From contig JAYTAM010000266.1 in the NCBI GenBank assembly GCA_043737505.1, positions 1 through 32,923 of the forward strand: 32,923 bases of DNA. The letters are read 5' to 3'. Each line of letters begins with the position of its first letter. The stretch's first letter is position 1. Source of the DNA: Thermoanaerobaculia bacterium. GTDB taxonomy: Bacteria > Acidobacteriota > Thermoanaerobaculia > Multivoradales > JAGPDF01. Shown one piece after another: positions 18,384 through 27,228 of the stretch. A program made the translations under genes and the position numbers. Below the pieces are notes generated by a model that was not told the origin of the DNA, ran no database searches, and saw only the letters and a program-made list of their open reading frames with translations.

Positions 18384-18974
18384 TCAGCTACCGGCGGCCG
18401 GACTCTCGGGTTTCGCGGACAACGCCTCCTGAGCGAGCCGGCGCAGCTCGTCGATCGTCATTCCGCCGAGGCTGGCCAGGCGGTCGCCCTCGAACGTGGT
18501 CGAGAAGCGCATCGTCGCCGGATTGCCCATCATGAACACCAGAGAGTGCTGGGTGAGCGTGCGGTCGCCGCAGCCGCCGCCCGGGTAGTGGCTGAGCTCG
18601 TCGTATTCGTCGCCGGCTTTGTAGTAGAGGCGGACGCCCGGTTTCACCTTGAGGACCTCCTGCACGATCGCCTTGTGCACGCCGGCCTCGTCCTTCATCT
18701 CCAGGAGCAGAATCGCGCTCGCCAACCGGATCTTGTCCCGGATCGGACGGGCGCTGAAGTCGTTGTCGAATGCGGACTCAGAATCGTCCATCGCCCCGGC
18801 CGGCGTTCCGAAGGAGGAAACCGATCGGCTCGTCCGCTCCGTCGTTCCTCCGCTGGAATAACGCCACAAATTCCAATAGGAGGCGCCGTAGGTGAGCACC
18901 TGTAGGCCGAAGAAGCACCAGATTGCGATCGTGAGTCCGCGAATCGCCCGCGCGAGCTTGTCGCCGTTGTCCAT
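18384..18974 (-). CDS. Hypothetical protein with a single N-terminal TM helix
   Basis: Protein-like composition, hydrophobic GLTIAIWCFFGLQVL, and an extended -10-like element 6 nt upstream of the ATG. Confidence 0.65.
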   Translation of the reverse strand: MDNGDKLARAIRGLTIAIWCFFGLQVLTYGASYWNLWRYSSGGTTERTSRSVSSFGTPAGAMDDSESAFDNDFSARPIRDKIRLASAILLLEMKDEAGVHKAIVQEVLKVKPGVRLYYKAGDEYDELSHYPGGGCGDRTLTQHSLVFMMGNPATMRFSTTFEGDRLASLGGMTIDELRRLAQEALSAKPESPAAGS

Positions 18975-19051
18975 CCTGCGACGCTAGCACTCGCCGTCCC
19001 GGCAGCAGCGATTCCCGTTGCCGGCCCTGCCTCGGACGGTGCGGGGCAGGC

Positions 19052-19060
19052 TGATAGGAT
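19052..19060 (+). promoter_or_regulatory. Extended -10-like element TGA-TAGGAT of the metal-efflux operon
   Basis: TGn plus TAnnnT, 7 nt before GTG 19068, with no Shine-Dalgarno sequence in between. Confidence 0.5.
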
Positions 19061-19067
19061 CCTGCGC

Positions 19068-19331
19068 GTGCGCAGATGGGCTTGGCTCGCGGTAGCGATC
19101 GTCGTGACCTTCGTCGGCGCGACGTTCGTCGATGACTGCGCGGCGGACGGCCCGTCGGAATGTCCGCCGGCCTGCCACTTCGCCTGCATCGACGGCTGCG
19201 CCGTCGCGCCGATAGAGACCGCGCGGCTCGTGCCGAGTGCAACTGAAGTGCGCAAGGAGCCCCCGGTGGAGGCCGCTTCGCGGCCCCTGGAGCTCGATTT
19301 CCCCCCCAAGCTGATCCCTCCCCGAGCCTGA
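19068..19331 (+). CDS. Small Cys/His-rich leader protein upstream of metal efflux genes (DUF2946/CzcI-like architecture)
   Basis: RR plus hydrophobic helix, ECPPACHFACIDGC, and C-terminal FPPKLIPPRA. It is the first gene of the tolC operon. Confidence 0.72.
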   Translation: MRRWAWLAVAIVVTFVGATFVDDCAADGPSECPPACHFACIDGCAVAPIETARLVPSATEVRKEPPVEAASRPLELDFPPKLIPPRA

Positions 19332-19337
19332 CCCCCG

Positions 19338-19396
19338 CTCCGGCTTCCGCCGGAGTTCGCTGGATGGCTGCCCTGCGCGCGTGTGGCGCGCGGGGC
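19338..19396 (+). promoter_or_regulatory. Two GC-rich hairpins between the leader ORF and tolC
   Basis: CTCCGGC-TTCC-GCCGGAG (19338-19355) and GCCCTGCGCGC-GTGTG-GCGCGCGGGGC (19370-19396, one G-U pair). Neither has a U-tract. Confidence 0.55.
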
Positions 19397-19428
19397 GCTC
19401 GGCCGATCGTGTCTACCTTGGGGGATGT

Positions 19429-20664
19429 ATGCGCCTTCCTGTGTTGATTTTTCTCGTCGCCGAGGCGACTGCGGCGACTGCCGCGCCCGCGGCGGCTGCC
19501 GAACTGACACTTGAAACGGTCGTCGCCGCCGCAAGACCGTCCGCCGAGCGGCTCGCGGCGGAGAGTTTCCTCACCGCCGCGGCGCGCGAGCTCTCGCTCT
19601 CCCGCGGCATCCTGCTCGAGGGCATGGCGGTGTCCGCCGAGGCGGGCCCGCGCCGCTCGCCCGACGGAGACGGCTCGGATTTCGCGCTCGGTCTCGAGCT
19701 GCCTCTGGCCGGCGACCGTACCGAGCGCGAAGCCGCGCTCGACTTCTTCGCCGAGGCGGAGAAAGTGCTCCCGGCCGCGGCCGACCTCGAAGCTGGCCTG
19801 GCGCTCTCGCTCGCCTACGTCGATGCCTGGGAGGCGACGGAGGGGCTGGTGCTCGCGCGGCGGCAGGAGACCAGCGTCGCGGACTGGCTCCAGGTGGTGG
19901 AGGCGCGAGTCGCTGCCGGGGCCGAAGCGCCCTATGAGACCTCACTCGTCGGCGCCGAGCTGGGGCTCGCTCGCCTGGCACTCGCCGAGGCGCTCGTGCA
20001 GGAGCAGATCGCCTGGAGCGAGCTCGCGGCGCGCGCGGCGGTGGGAGCGACGCCCGAGCGTCTCGCTGAACCGCTTTCGGCGAGCTCCGGGCGAAAAGCC
20101 GTAGAGGCCGGGAAGGCCGTCGAAAGCGTCCACCCTGTCTGGGCGCTCACGCGCGCCAGCGAGCTGCGGTCCGCACTCAGGCAGGCGCTCATCCGTCTCG
20201 ATGTCGCGCGCGGCGGGAGCCGCTGGTCGTTGCAAGCCACCGCGGCGCAGGAGGGCGAAGAGGACGTGGCGCGGCTCGGGCTCGGCTATCGTCTGCCGTT
20301 CGCCGGGCAGAATGCGGCGCGGGTGACGGCCCGGGATGCCGCCCTCGCCGAAGAGAGGCGCGGCGCCGAGCTCGAACGCGCCCGACTCGAAGGCCGGTTG
20401 CGCGGCGCCGAAGCGCGCGCCGGTGCGCTCGCCGCGGGGGTCGCCCCAGGAGTTGGGGCGCCTGCGACCCTCTCGCCGCTGGAGATCGAAGAGGCTCTCG
20501 TCGCGCTCGAGGCGCGGGTCACGGCCGGCCGCGATCGGCCTTCGGCGGTCCTGCCGCTCCGCCGTCAGCTGGTCGGCGCCCTCCTCACCGAGCTCGCAGC
20601 GCGCGCCGCGGAGGCGCGAGCCGTATTCCTGATCCAGACCCTGAAAGCGGAGATTTCGCAATGA
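19429..20664 (+). CDS. TolC/CzcC-like outer membrane efflux protein (divergent)
   Basis: Signal peptide, G.ELPL, R..AGAEA..E and GYRLPF patterns, and position before the adaptor and RND genes. Confidence 0.75.
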   Translation: MRLPVLIFLVAEATAATAAPAAAAELTLETVVAAARPSAERLAAESFLTAAARELSLSRGILLEGMAVSAEAGPRRSPDGDGSDFALGLELPLAGDRTEREAALDFFAEAEKVLPAAADLEAGLALSLAYVDAWEATEGLVLARRQETSVADWLQVVEARVAAGAEAPYETSLVGAELGLARLALAEALVQEQIAWSELAARAAVGATPERLAEPLSASSGRKAVEAGKAVESVHPVWALTRASELRSALRQALIRLDVARGGSRWSLQATAAQEGEEDVARLGLGYRLPFAGQNAARVTARDAALAEERRGAELERARLEGRLRGAEARAGALAAGVAPGVGAPATLSPLEIEEALVALEARVTAGRDRPSAVLPLRRQLVGALLTELAARAAEARAVFLIQTLKAEISQ

Positions 20665-21896
20665 CTTCGAGCTCCTTTCGTTTCCTGTCCCTGATCGCGC
20701 TTCTATGCACCACGCTCGCCTGCGGCGCCAAGCAGGACGAACACGCCCATGCCGAGGAAGGCGAAGAGCATCACGATGAGGCCGGCGGTGAAGCCACCGC
20801 CCCGGCGAAGGAAGGCGCCCCGGAAGGCGCAGGGCACGAGGAATCCGGGCACGAAGAAGCCGGGCACGAGGAGGGCGAAGGCGCGGCGGGGGAAGTCCGT
20901 GTGCCGCTCGAGGGTGTCCGCGGCCTGGCGTTCGTGCGCGTCGGCGAGCCGCAGGAAGAGGGCGTCTGGGCTCCGGCCGAGGCGGTCTCGGATTCGGCTG
21001 CCGTCGCCATCGTGACGGCACCGGCTGCGGGGATCGTCCGCCGGTTGCTGGTGCGCCCAGGAGAGACCGTACGGGAAGGGCAGGCCGTCGCGGAACTGGC
21101 GAGCGCCGAGATCGCCGACCTCGCGGCGCGACACCGTTCGGCCCAGGCGCAAGCGGCGCGGACGCAGGTCGAGCTCGAGCGGGAACGGACGCTGCTCGCC
21201 GCCCGCGCGACCTCCCGGCACGAGCTCGAAGCCGCTGAGGCTGCCCATGCTGCCGCGGGCGCCGAGGTGGTGGCGGCGCGCCAGTCGCTTGCCGCGCGCG
21301 GCGTGAATCCCGGCACGTTCGCCGGCACCGCCCTCCTCAGGGCGCCGGTCGCCGGCACGCTCGAGCGCTGGGAGATCGCGCTCGGGCAGGGAGTCGAAGC
21401 GGGGACCTCTCTCGCCACGATCCGCGATCGCCTGGCGTCGCGCGTGCGAGTCGAGCTCGCGCCACCCGGGCCGACGGAGTGGATAGTCGGCTCGGCGAGT
21501 GAGGTCCGCCGCGGCGACGGCACCCGATGGCCGGCGACGGTCGAAGGGCTGCCCGCAGGTCTGACCTCCGAGACCCGGCGCTACCCCTACATTCTGCGGC
21601 TCGAAGGCGAGCCGCTTCCGGCCCCAGGCACTCCCCTCGAGGTGCGTGTACCGCTGACGCGCGGCATCGTGTTGCCGCAGGAGGCGCTGCAGCTCGTCGA
21701 GGGGGACTGGGGCGTCTTCGTCCGCGAGGGGGGCGAGGCCGTCTTCAGAAAAGTTCGACGCGGAGCCGAGCTGGGAGGAGACGTTCTGGTTCTGGAGGGG
21801 ATCGAACCGGGTGTCGAAGTGGCGACGGCCGGCGCCTACCTCCTGCGCCCCCTGTGGATGAAGCGCATGGGCGGGGGCGAGCAGCATGCGCACTGA
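20661..21896 (+). CDS. RND periplasmic adaptor (CzcB/CusB-like), lipoprotein with His/Glu-rich N-terminus
   Basis: Lipobox LACG, lipoyl motifs (APAAGIV..LLVRPGETV..GQ, RAPVAG), and C-terminal GEQHAH. The start overlaps the tolC stop (ATGA). Confidence 0.87.
   Translation: MTSSSFRFLSLIALLCTTLACGAKQDEHAHAEEGEEHHDEAGGEATAPAKEGAPEGAGHEESGHEEAGHEEGEGAAGEVRVPLEGVRGLAFVRVGEPQEEGVWAPAEAVSDSAAVAIVTAPAAGIVRRLLVRPGETVREGQAVAELASAEIADLAARHRSAQAQAARTQVELERERTLLAARATSRHELEAAEAAHAAAGAEVVAARQSLAARGVNPGTFAGTALLRAPVAGTLERWEIALGQGVEAGTSLATIRDRLASRVRVELAPPGPTEWIVGSASEVRRGDGTRWPATVEGLPAGLTSETRRYPYILRLEGEPLPAPGTPLEVRVPLTRGIVLPQEALQLVEGDWGVFVREGGEAVFRKVRRGAELGGDVLVLEGIEPGVEVATAGAYLLRPLWMKRMGGGEQHAH
20832..20873 (+). 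repeat. 15-bp tandem repeat encoding GHEE three times
   Basis: GGGCACGAGGAATCC GGGCACGAAGAAGCC GGGCACGAGGAG. Confidence 0.8.
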
Positions 21897-24800
21897 GGCG
21901 CAGCACGACCAGCACTTGGTGGATGTCGAGGGCGGCCGGCCCTCGATCTTTTTTCGCTGGTTCCGGCGCATCCTGCCGCTGCGCGGATGGGTCATCGGGC
22001 TTTCGCTGGTCTTCGGCATCGTCGGAATGGTGGTCTACGGCGGTCTGCGCCGCGACCTGTTCCCCGACCTGACGCTGCCGACGTTGCAGCTCCTGATTCA
22101 GAGTCCCGGCCGCTCGGCGCCGGAGATCGAGCTCGCGGTCGCTCAGCCCGTCGAGCAGGCGATGCTGGGGCTGCCCGGTGTACGGCGCGTAACCTCGACG
22201 CTGCAGCCCGGCATCGCCCAGATCGTTATCGCCTTCGAGAGCGACAGCGATCCGTGGCGCGCCCGCCAGCTGGTGGGGGAGAAGCTCGCGACACTGTTGG
22301 GCGGCTTCCCCGAAGGCACCGAGGCGCCCCTGGTGACCAGCGCCGCCGGGCGCTTGCAGGAGATTCAGGAGCTGGTGCTCGAAGGGCCGGCGATCGATCC
22401 GATGACGCTCCGGGATCAGGCGGTGCGGGTATTGGTCCCGCGCCTTCAGTCGGTCCCCGGGGTGGCGCGCATCGAGCTTCTGGGCGGCGCGGAGCGGACG
22501 GTCGAGATCAGCCTGGTTGCCGAGCGCCTGCGGCTGGCTGGAGCCTCGCTCGCCCAGGTGCTCGAAGCGCTCGAAGGCAGCGAGCGCGACTCCGGCGCAG
22601 GCCTGCTCGAGGTGCGCGACAAGATGTGGCTGGTCAGCGTCGCGACGCTCGCTGCGACCAACGAGGACCTCCGGCGGATCCCGGTGCACACGGCGCACGG
22701 GCTGGTGACCCTGGGCGACCTCGCGGAGATTCGGGACGCGCCGGGATTCCGCCTCGGCTTGGCCCGCTATGGCGGGTTCGAGGCGGTGTCGATGCGGGTG
22801 GTGAAGCAGCCCGCCGCGGAGACGCTGTCGACGGCACGGCGGGTGCGCGCGCTGCTGCCGGAGCTGCAGAAGGGGCTGCCTCAGGGCATGAAGCTCGACC
22901 TCTTCTACGACCAGGGCGAGCTCGTCGACCACGCCCTCTCGGGGGTCACCACGGCGCTCCTCATCGGTGCGGCTTTCGTCGCCGTCGTCCTCGTGCTGCT
23001 GCTGGGAAGCCTGCGCGGGGCGCTGGTCGTACTCGCCGTCCTGCCGCTGTCGACCGTCGGCGCGGCGATACCGTTGATGCTCCTCGGGCACGGGCTGAAT
23101 GCGATGACCCTCGGAGGCCTGGCGATCGCCGTCGGCATCTTGGTCGATGCCAGTGTGATCATGGTCGAGAACCTCGTCCATCGGCTCGAATCCCATCCCC
23201 ACGAGGCCGGCGACCAGCGCGCCCGGCGTTCGATCCTCTCGGCGGCCGCGGCCGAGGTGGCGGTTCCCATCGTCACCGCAGTCGCCGTCATCCTGGCGGT
23301 TTTCGTTCCGCTCCTGGCGCTGCCCGGAGTCGCCGGCCGGCTTTACGCGCCGCTCGCCGTCGCGGTGGCGTCGGCGATGACGATCAGCCTCGCCCTCTCC
23401 TTCACGCTGGTTCCGGTGCTGGTCGATCGCTTTCTCCCGCCGGGGACTGCGCTCGCCGAACCGCGATTCGTCACCTGGATCAAGGAGGTCTACCGGCCGG
23501 GTCTCGATTGGGCGCTCCGCCACGGCCTGGCGGTCCAGGTCATCGCCTTGCTCGTCGCCCTGCCTTCGTTCTGGCTCGCGACCCGTCTCGACACTCAGTT
23601 CCTGCCCGAGCTCGACGAGGGGGCGTTGATGGTGCAGACGCTCCTGCCCTCCGACCTCAGCGTTGCGGCGGTGGACGAAGCCAACGTCGGCTTCGAAGCG
23701 AGCCTGGTGGAGATCGAGGGAGTGTGCTCGGTCTATCGCCGCAGCGGGCGGGGCGAGATCACCGAAGACCCGATGCCGCATTCGATATCGGACATCCTGA
23801 TCGTCCTCGAACCGGGAACCGACTCGGACGCGGTGGGTGCCGAGATCGAAGAGATCGGCGAAGCGGCTCCGTTCGGGGTCGAAGTGACGACGCCGATGGG
23901 GATGCGGATCGCCGAGGGGATCGGCGGCAGTCCGGCCGACATCGAAGTCGAGCTCTACGCTGCCGACCTCGAGCCTCTGCGCGCGCGCGAGGCGGAGATC
24001 CGGCGCGAGATCGCCGAGCTCGAGGGCGTCGTATCGGTGATTGTCGACTCCGGCACTGCGCTCCCGGCCTGGCGCATCGTGCCCGACGAGGATGCTTTGC
24101 GCCGCCTCGATGTGCCGCGAGCGCTGCTGGCTCTGACTGCCCGCGCCGCGTTGCAGGGGATCCCACTCGCGCCCCGCTTCGAGGGGATCCAGCGCATCGA
24201 TCGCGTCGTGCGGTTTCCCAACGACGGACGGCTGACCGGCGCGGCGCTCGCGCGCCTGCCCCTGATCGTGGAAGAGGGGCGGGTCATCGAGCTCGGACAG
24301 GTCGCGCGGGTGGAGGAGAGCTCCTCGCCCGGGCTGTTGCGGCGCAAGAACGCGCAACGGCGGCTCGGCTTCCGGGTCCAGACGGCCGGGGATCTCGGGG
24401 GCACGGCGAAACGGATCGAGCAGAGGCTCGCGGCGATGAAGCTGCCAAGCGGGACGACCGTGGGGCTATCGGGCCAGATCGAGGAAGCACGCGCCACGCA
24501 ACGTCGCCTTCTCGTCGCCTCGACTGTGGCACTCGGTCTGGTCTTCTTCCTTCTGCTGCTCGCTCTCGGCTCCGTGCGCGAGGTGGCCATCGTGTTCGCG
24601 ACGCTGCCGCTCGCGTTCGCGGGCGGACTGGTGGCGCTGGCGCTCGCCGGCGAGAGCTGGAATGCGAGCTCGATCGTCGGGGTGATCGGTCTGTTCGGCG
24701 TCGCGGTGCAGAACAGTCTGGTCCTGATCACCCAGACGAAGGGGTTTCTCGGCCACGGTCTACCGCTCGAGGCTGCGGTGCGCGAAGCCTCGCTCGGACG

Positions 24801-25029
24801 GGTGCGCCCCAAGCTGATGACCGCCGGCGCGGCGATCCTCGGACTGACACCGATGCTCTTCGGCCTCGGAGGCTCGGAGCTCGAGCGCCCGCTCGCCGTC
24901 GTCATGGTCGGCGGACTGGTCACTTCGACCATTTTCACGCTGCTGGTTCTGCCGGCGGTCTACGCTCATTTCGGCGCTCCGGCGCGGAAGGCGCGACAGC
25001 AGGATGCCTCACCCGCAGGAGCGCGGTGA
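21886..25029 (+). CDS. Heavy-metal efflux RND permease (CusA/CzcA family)
   Basis: DLFPDL, NAMTLGGLAIAVGILVDASVIMVEN, FLPELDEG and RVRPKLMT. 1047 aa. Confidence 0.92.
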   Translation: MRTEAQHDQHLVDVEGGRPSIFFRWFRRILPLRGWVIGLSLVFGIVGMVVYGGLRRDLFPDLTLPTLQLLIQSPGRSAPEIELAVAQPVEQAMLGLPGVRRVTSTLQPGIAQIVIAFESDSDPWRARQLVGEKLATLLGGFPEGTEAPLVTSAAGRLQEIQELVLEGPAIDPMTLRDQAVRVLVPRLQSVPGVARIELLGGAERTVEISLVAERLRLAGASLAQVLEALEGSERDSGAGLLEVRDKMWLVSVATLAATNEDLRRIPVHTAHGLVTLGDLAEIRDAPGFRLGLARYGGFEAVSMRVVKQPAAETLSTARRVRALLPELQKGLPQGMKLDLFYDQGELVDHALSGVTTALLIGAAFVAVVLVLLLGSLRGALVVLAVLPLSTVGAAIPLMLLGHGLNAMTLGGLAIAVGILVDASVIMVENLVHRLESHPHEAGDQRARRSILSAAAAEVAVPIVTAVAVILAVFVPLLALPGVAGRLYAPLAVAVASAMTISLALSFTLVPVLVDRFLPPGTALAEPRFVTWIKEVYRPGLDWALRHGLAVQVIALLVALPSFWLATRLDTQFLPELDEGALMVQTLLPSDLSVAAVDEANVGFEASLVEIEGVCSVYRRSGRGEITEDPMPHSISDILIVLEPGTDSDAVGAEIEEIGEAAPFGVEVTTPMGMRIAEGIGGSPADIEVELYAADLEPLRAREAEIRREIAELEGVVSVIVDSGTALPAWRIVPDEDALRRLDVPRALLALTARAALQGIPLAPRFEGIQRIDRVVRFPNDGRLTGAALARLPLIVEEGRVIELGQVARVEESSSPGLLRRKNAQRRLGFRVQTAGDLGGTAKRIEQRLAAMKLPSGTTVGLSGQIEEARATQRRLLVASTVALGLVFFLLLLALGSVREVAIVFATLPLAFAGGLVALALAGESWNASSIVGVIGLFGVAVQNSLVLITQTKGFLGHGLPLEAAVREASLGRVRPKLMTAGAAILGLTPMLFGLGGSELERPLAVVMVGGLVTSTIFTLLVLPAVYAHFGAPARKARQQDASPAGAR

Positions 25030-25062
25030 GGGCAGGTTCATGATCCGCGAGGGAGAATCGCG

Positions 25063-27228
25063 ATGGCTGTAGAGCCAACTCGGGCGTTCCGCGTCGCCGG
25101 CATGGATTGCGCCGAGGAGATCGCTCTTCTCCGGCGCGGGGTGGGGCCGATCGTCGGCGGTGAAGAAAATCTCGGCTTCGATCTGCTGCGCGGCAAGATG
25201 ACCGTCGCGGCGGCGACCCGTCCGGTCTCCGACGCGGCGATCCTGGCGGCGGTAAAAAGTACGGGCCTCTCGGCGGAGGTCTGGCGCGCCGAAGGGGACG
25301 GCGGCGCCACCGAACGTCTGCGGCGGCGACGCCTCGTCGCGACCGTCGTCTCCGGATCCGCGACGCTCAGCGGATTTCTGCTCCATGCAGCGCTCGCCGG
25401 CGGTTTCGGCGCCGCGCTCGGCAGCGAAGGCATGGGCGGCTCGGCGCCGGTGCCGCTCGCCGTGCGGTGGATCTATGCCGTCGGCATCGTGGCGGGCCTG
25501 ATCACTGTCGCGCCGAAGGCGTGGCAGTCGTTGCGCCGGCTGCGACCGGACATGAACCTTCTGATGACGATCGCGGTCTCCGGCGCCGTCGTGATCGGCG
25601 AATGGTTCGAAGCCGGGACGGTCGCCTTCCTGTTCTCCTTCTCGCTCGCCCTCGAGGCCTGGAGCATCGGCCGCGCGCGCAAGGCCATCGCCAAGCTCCT
25701 CGACCTCGCGCCGCCAACCGCACGGCTCGTGGAGGCGGGCGGGGAGCGCGAAGTACACCCTTCGGAGGTCGAGGTGGGGGCGCGGATCGCCATTCGGCCC
25801 GGCGAGCGCATCCCGCTCGACGGACGGATCGTCGCCGGCAGCTCCTCCCTCAATCAGGCACCGATCACCGGCGAGAGCCGGCCGGTCGACAAGGGGGTCG
25901 GGGACGACGTGTTCGCAGGTTCGATCAACGGCTCGGGGGCGCTCGAGTTCGAGACCACCGCCCGGGCCGAAGCGACGATGCTGGCGAAAATCCTGCGCCT
26001 CGTCGAAGAGGCGCAGGCGCGGCGCTCGCCCTCCGAACGCTGGGTGGACAGGTTCGCCGCCATCTATACGCCGTGCGTCTTCGGCGCGGCGATCGCCGTG
26101 GCCATTCTGCCGCCCCTGTTGACCGGAGCGAGCTTCGCCGAGTGGGGCTATCAGGCGCTGGTCCTGCTGGTCATCGGCTGCCCGTGTGCGCTCGTCGTCT
26201 CGACGCCGGTAGCGATCGTCGCCGGGCTTTCCGCTGCGGCGCGCCATGGCGTCCTGGTGAAGGGCGGGGCCTTCCTCGAGGCTCCCGCGCGACTGCGCGC
26301 CTTCGCTTTCGACAAAACCGGCACGCTGACTCACGGTCGGCCAGCGGTCGTCGAAGTCGTCGCCCTCTCGGGCCACGACGACCGGGAGGTTCTCGAGCGG
26401 CTGGCGGCGCTCGAGGCGAACAGCGAGCACCCGCTCGCCGCGGCCATCCGCGAGTACGCCGCGGAGAAGGGCATCTCGGTCGCGGCGGCGACCGATTTTC
26501 AGGCGATCCAGGGGAAGGGCGCCGTCGGGCTCATCGCAGGGCGGCAGTTCTGGGTCGGCTCGCACCGCTTCCTCGAAGAGCGCGGGCAGGAGACGCCCGA
26601 GGTCCACGCGAAGCTCGAGTCGATCTCGACCTCGGGACGGTCCGCCGTAGTCCTCGGCAACGAGAGTCACGTTTGCGGCATCGTCGCGGTCGCCGACAGC
26701 GTGCGCCCGAATGCGAAGGCCGCGCTCGAAGAGCTGCGCCGGCTGGGGATCGAAACCACCATCATGTTGACCGGCGACAATCAGGGAACCGCGGAGGCAA
26801 TCGGCCGGGAGGCCGGGGTCACCGAGGTCCGAGCCGAGCTGCTGCCGGACGAGAAAGTCGCTGCGATCGAGGCTCTGGTCGCGAAGTACGGCAAGGTTGC
26901 CATGGTCGGCGACGGCATCAACGACGCGCCGGCCCTCGCCAGCGCGAGCCTGGGTATCGCGATGGGCGGCGGAGGCTCGGACGCCGCCATCGAGACCGCC
27001 GATGTGGCGCTGCTTTCGGACGATCTCTCGCGCCTCCCGTGGCTGGTGCGCCACTCGCGCAAGACCCTGGCGATCATCCGTCAGAACATCGCCTTCTCGC
27101 TGGCGATCAAGGCGACGTTCGTCGTACTGACCTTTCTCGGCTTGGCCTCGCTCTGGGGCGCGATCGCCGCCGACATGGGCGCCACCCTGCTGGTCGTCGC
27201 CAACTCGCTGCGGCTGCTTCGTCTATGA
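25063..27228 (+). CDS. cadA: Heavy-metal P1B-type ATPase, Zn/Cd/Pb (CadA/ZntA-like)
   Basis: GMDCAEE N-terminal HMA domain, TGES, CPC, DKTGT, SEHPL, GDGINDAP, and the TM Lys (AIKA) plus ADMG typical of P1B-2 pumps. Confidence 0.92.
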   Translation: MAVEPTRAFRVAGMDCAEEIALLRRGVGPIVGGEENLGFDLLRGKMTVAAATRPVSDAAILAAVKSTGLSAEVWRAEGDGGATERLRRRRLVATVVSGSATLSGFLLHAALAGGFGAALGSEGMGGSAPVPLAVRWIYAVGIVAGLITVAPKAWQSLRRLRPDMNLLMTIAVSGAVVIGEWFEAGTVAFLFSFSLALEAWSIGRARKAIAKLLDLAPPTARLVEAGGEREVHPSEVEVGARIAIRPGERIPLDGRIVAGSSSLNQAPITGESRPVDKGVGDDVFAGSINGSGALEFETTARAEATMLAKILRLVEEAQARRSPSERWVDRFAAIYTPCVFGAAIAVAILPPLLTGASFAEWGYQALVLLVIGCPCALVVSTPVAIVAGLSAAARHGVLVKGGAFLEAPARLRAFAFDKTGTLTHGRPAVVEVVALSGHDDREVLERLAALEANSEHPLAAAIREYAAEKGISVAAATDFQAIQGKGAVGLIAGRQFWVGSHRFLEERGQETPEVHAKLESISTSGRSAVVLGNESHVCGIVAVADSVRPNAKAALEELRRLGIETTIMLTGDNQGTAEAIGREAGVTEVRAELLPDEKVAAIEALVAKYGKVAMVGDGINDAPALASASLGIAMGGGGSDAAIETADVALLSDDLSRLPWLVRHSRKTLAIIRQNIAFSLAIKATFVVLTFLGLASLWGAIAADMGATLLVVANSLRLLRL

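Noticed and set aside
19068-19331. Cx3Cx3Cx3C peptide as a RiPP (ranthi/sactipeptide) precursor
   Set aside because: No radical SAM, RRE or peptidase-transporter gene is nearby. The metal-efflux context and hydrophobic N-terminus fit a leader or sensor better.
19338-19396. Hairpins as intrinsic terminators
   Set aside because: No U-tract follows either stem, so they are kept only as possible regulatory structure.
21745-27054. Long alternative-frame ORFs (870, 1018 and 681 aa) over the RND and ATPase genes
   Set aside because: Arg/Ala/Gly-rich shadow frames caused by codon bias.
25467-27224. Apparent 1036-aa protein extending the aminopeptidase upstream
   Set aside because: The upstream part is an off-frame read through cadA. 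The real gene starts near 27225-27237 with a signal peptide.
19068-27228. Metal-resistance operon as a mobile island
   Set aside because: I see no integrase, transposase, tRNA target, flanking repeats or evident compositional shift.
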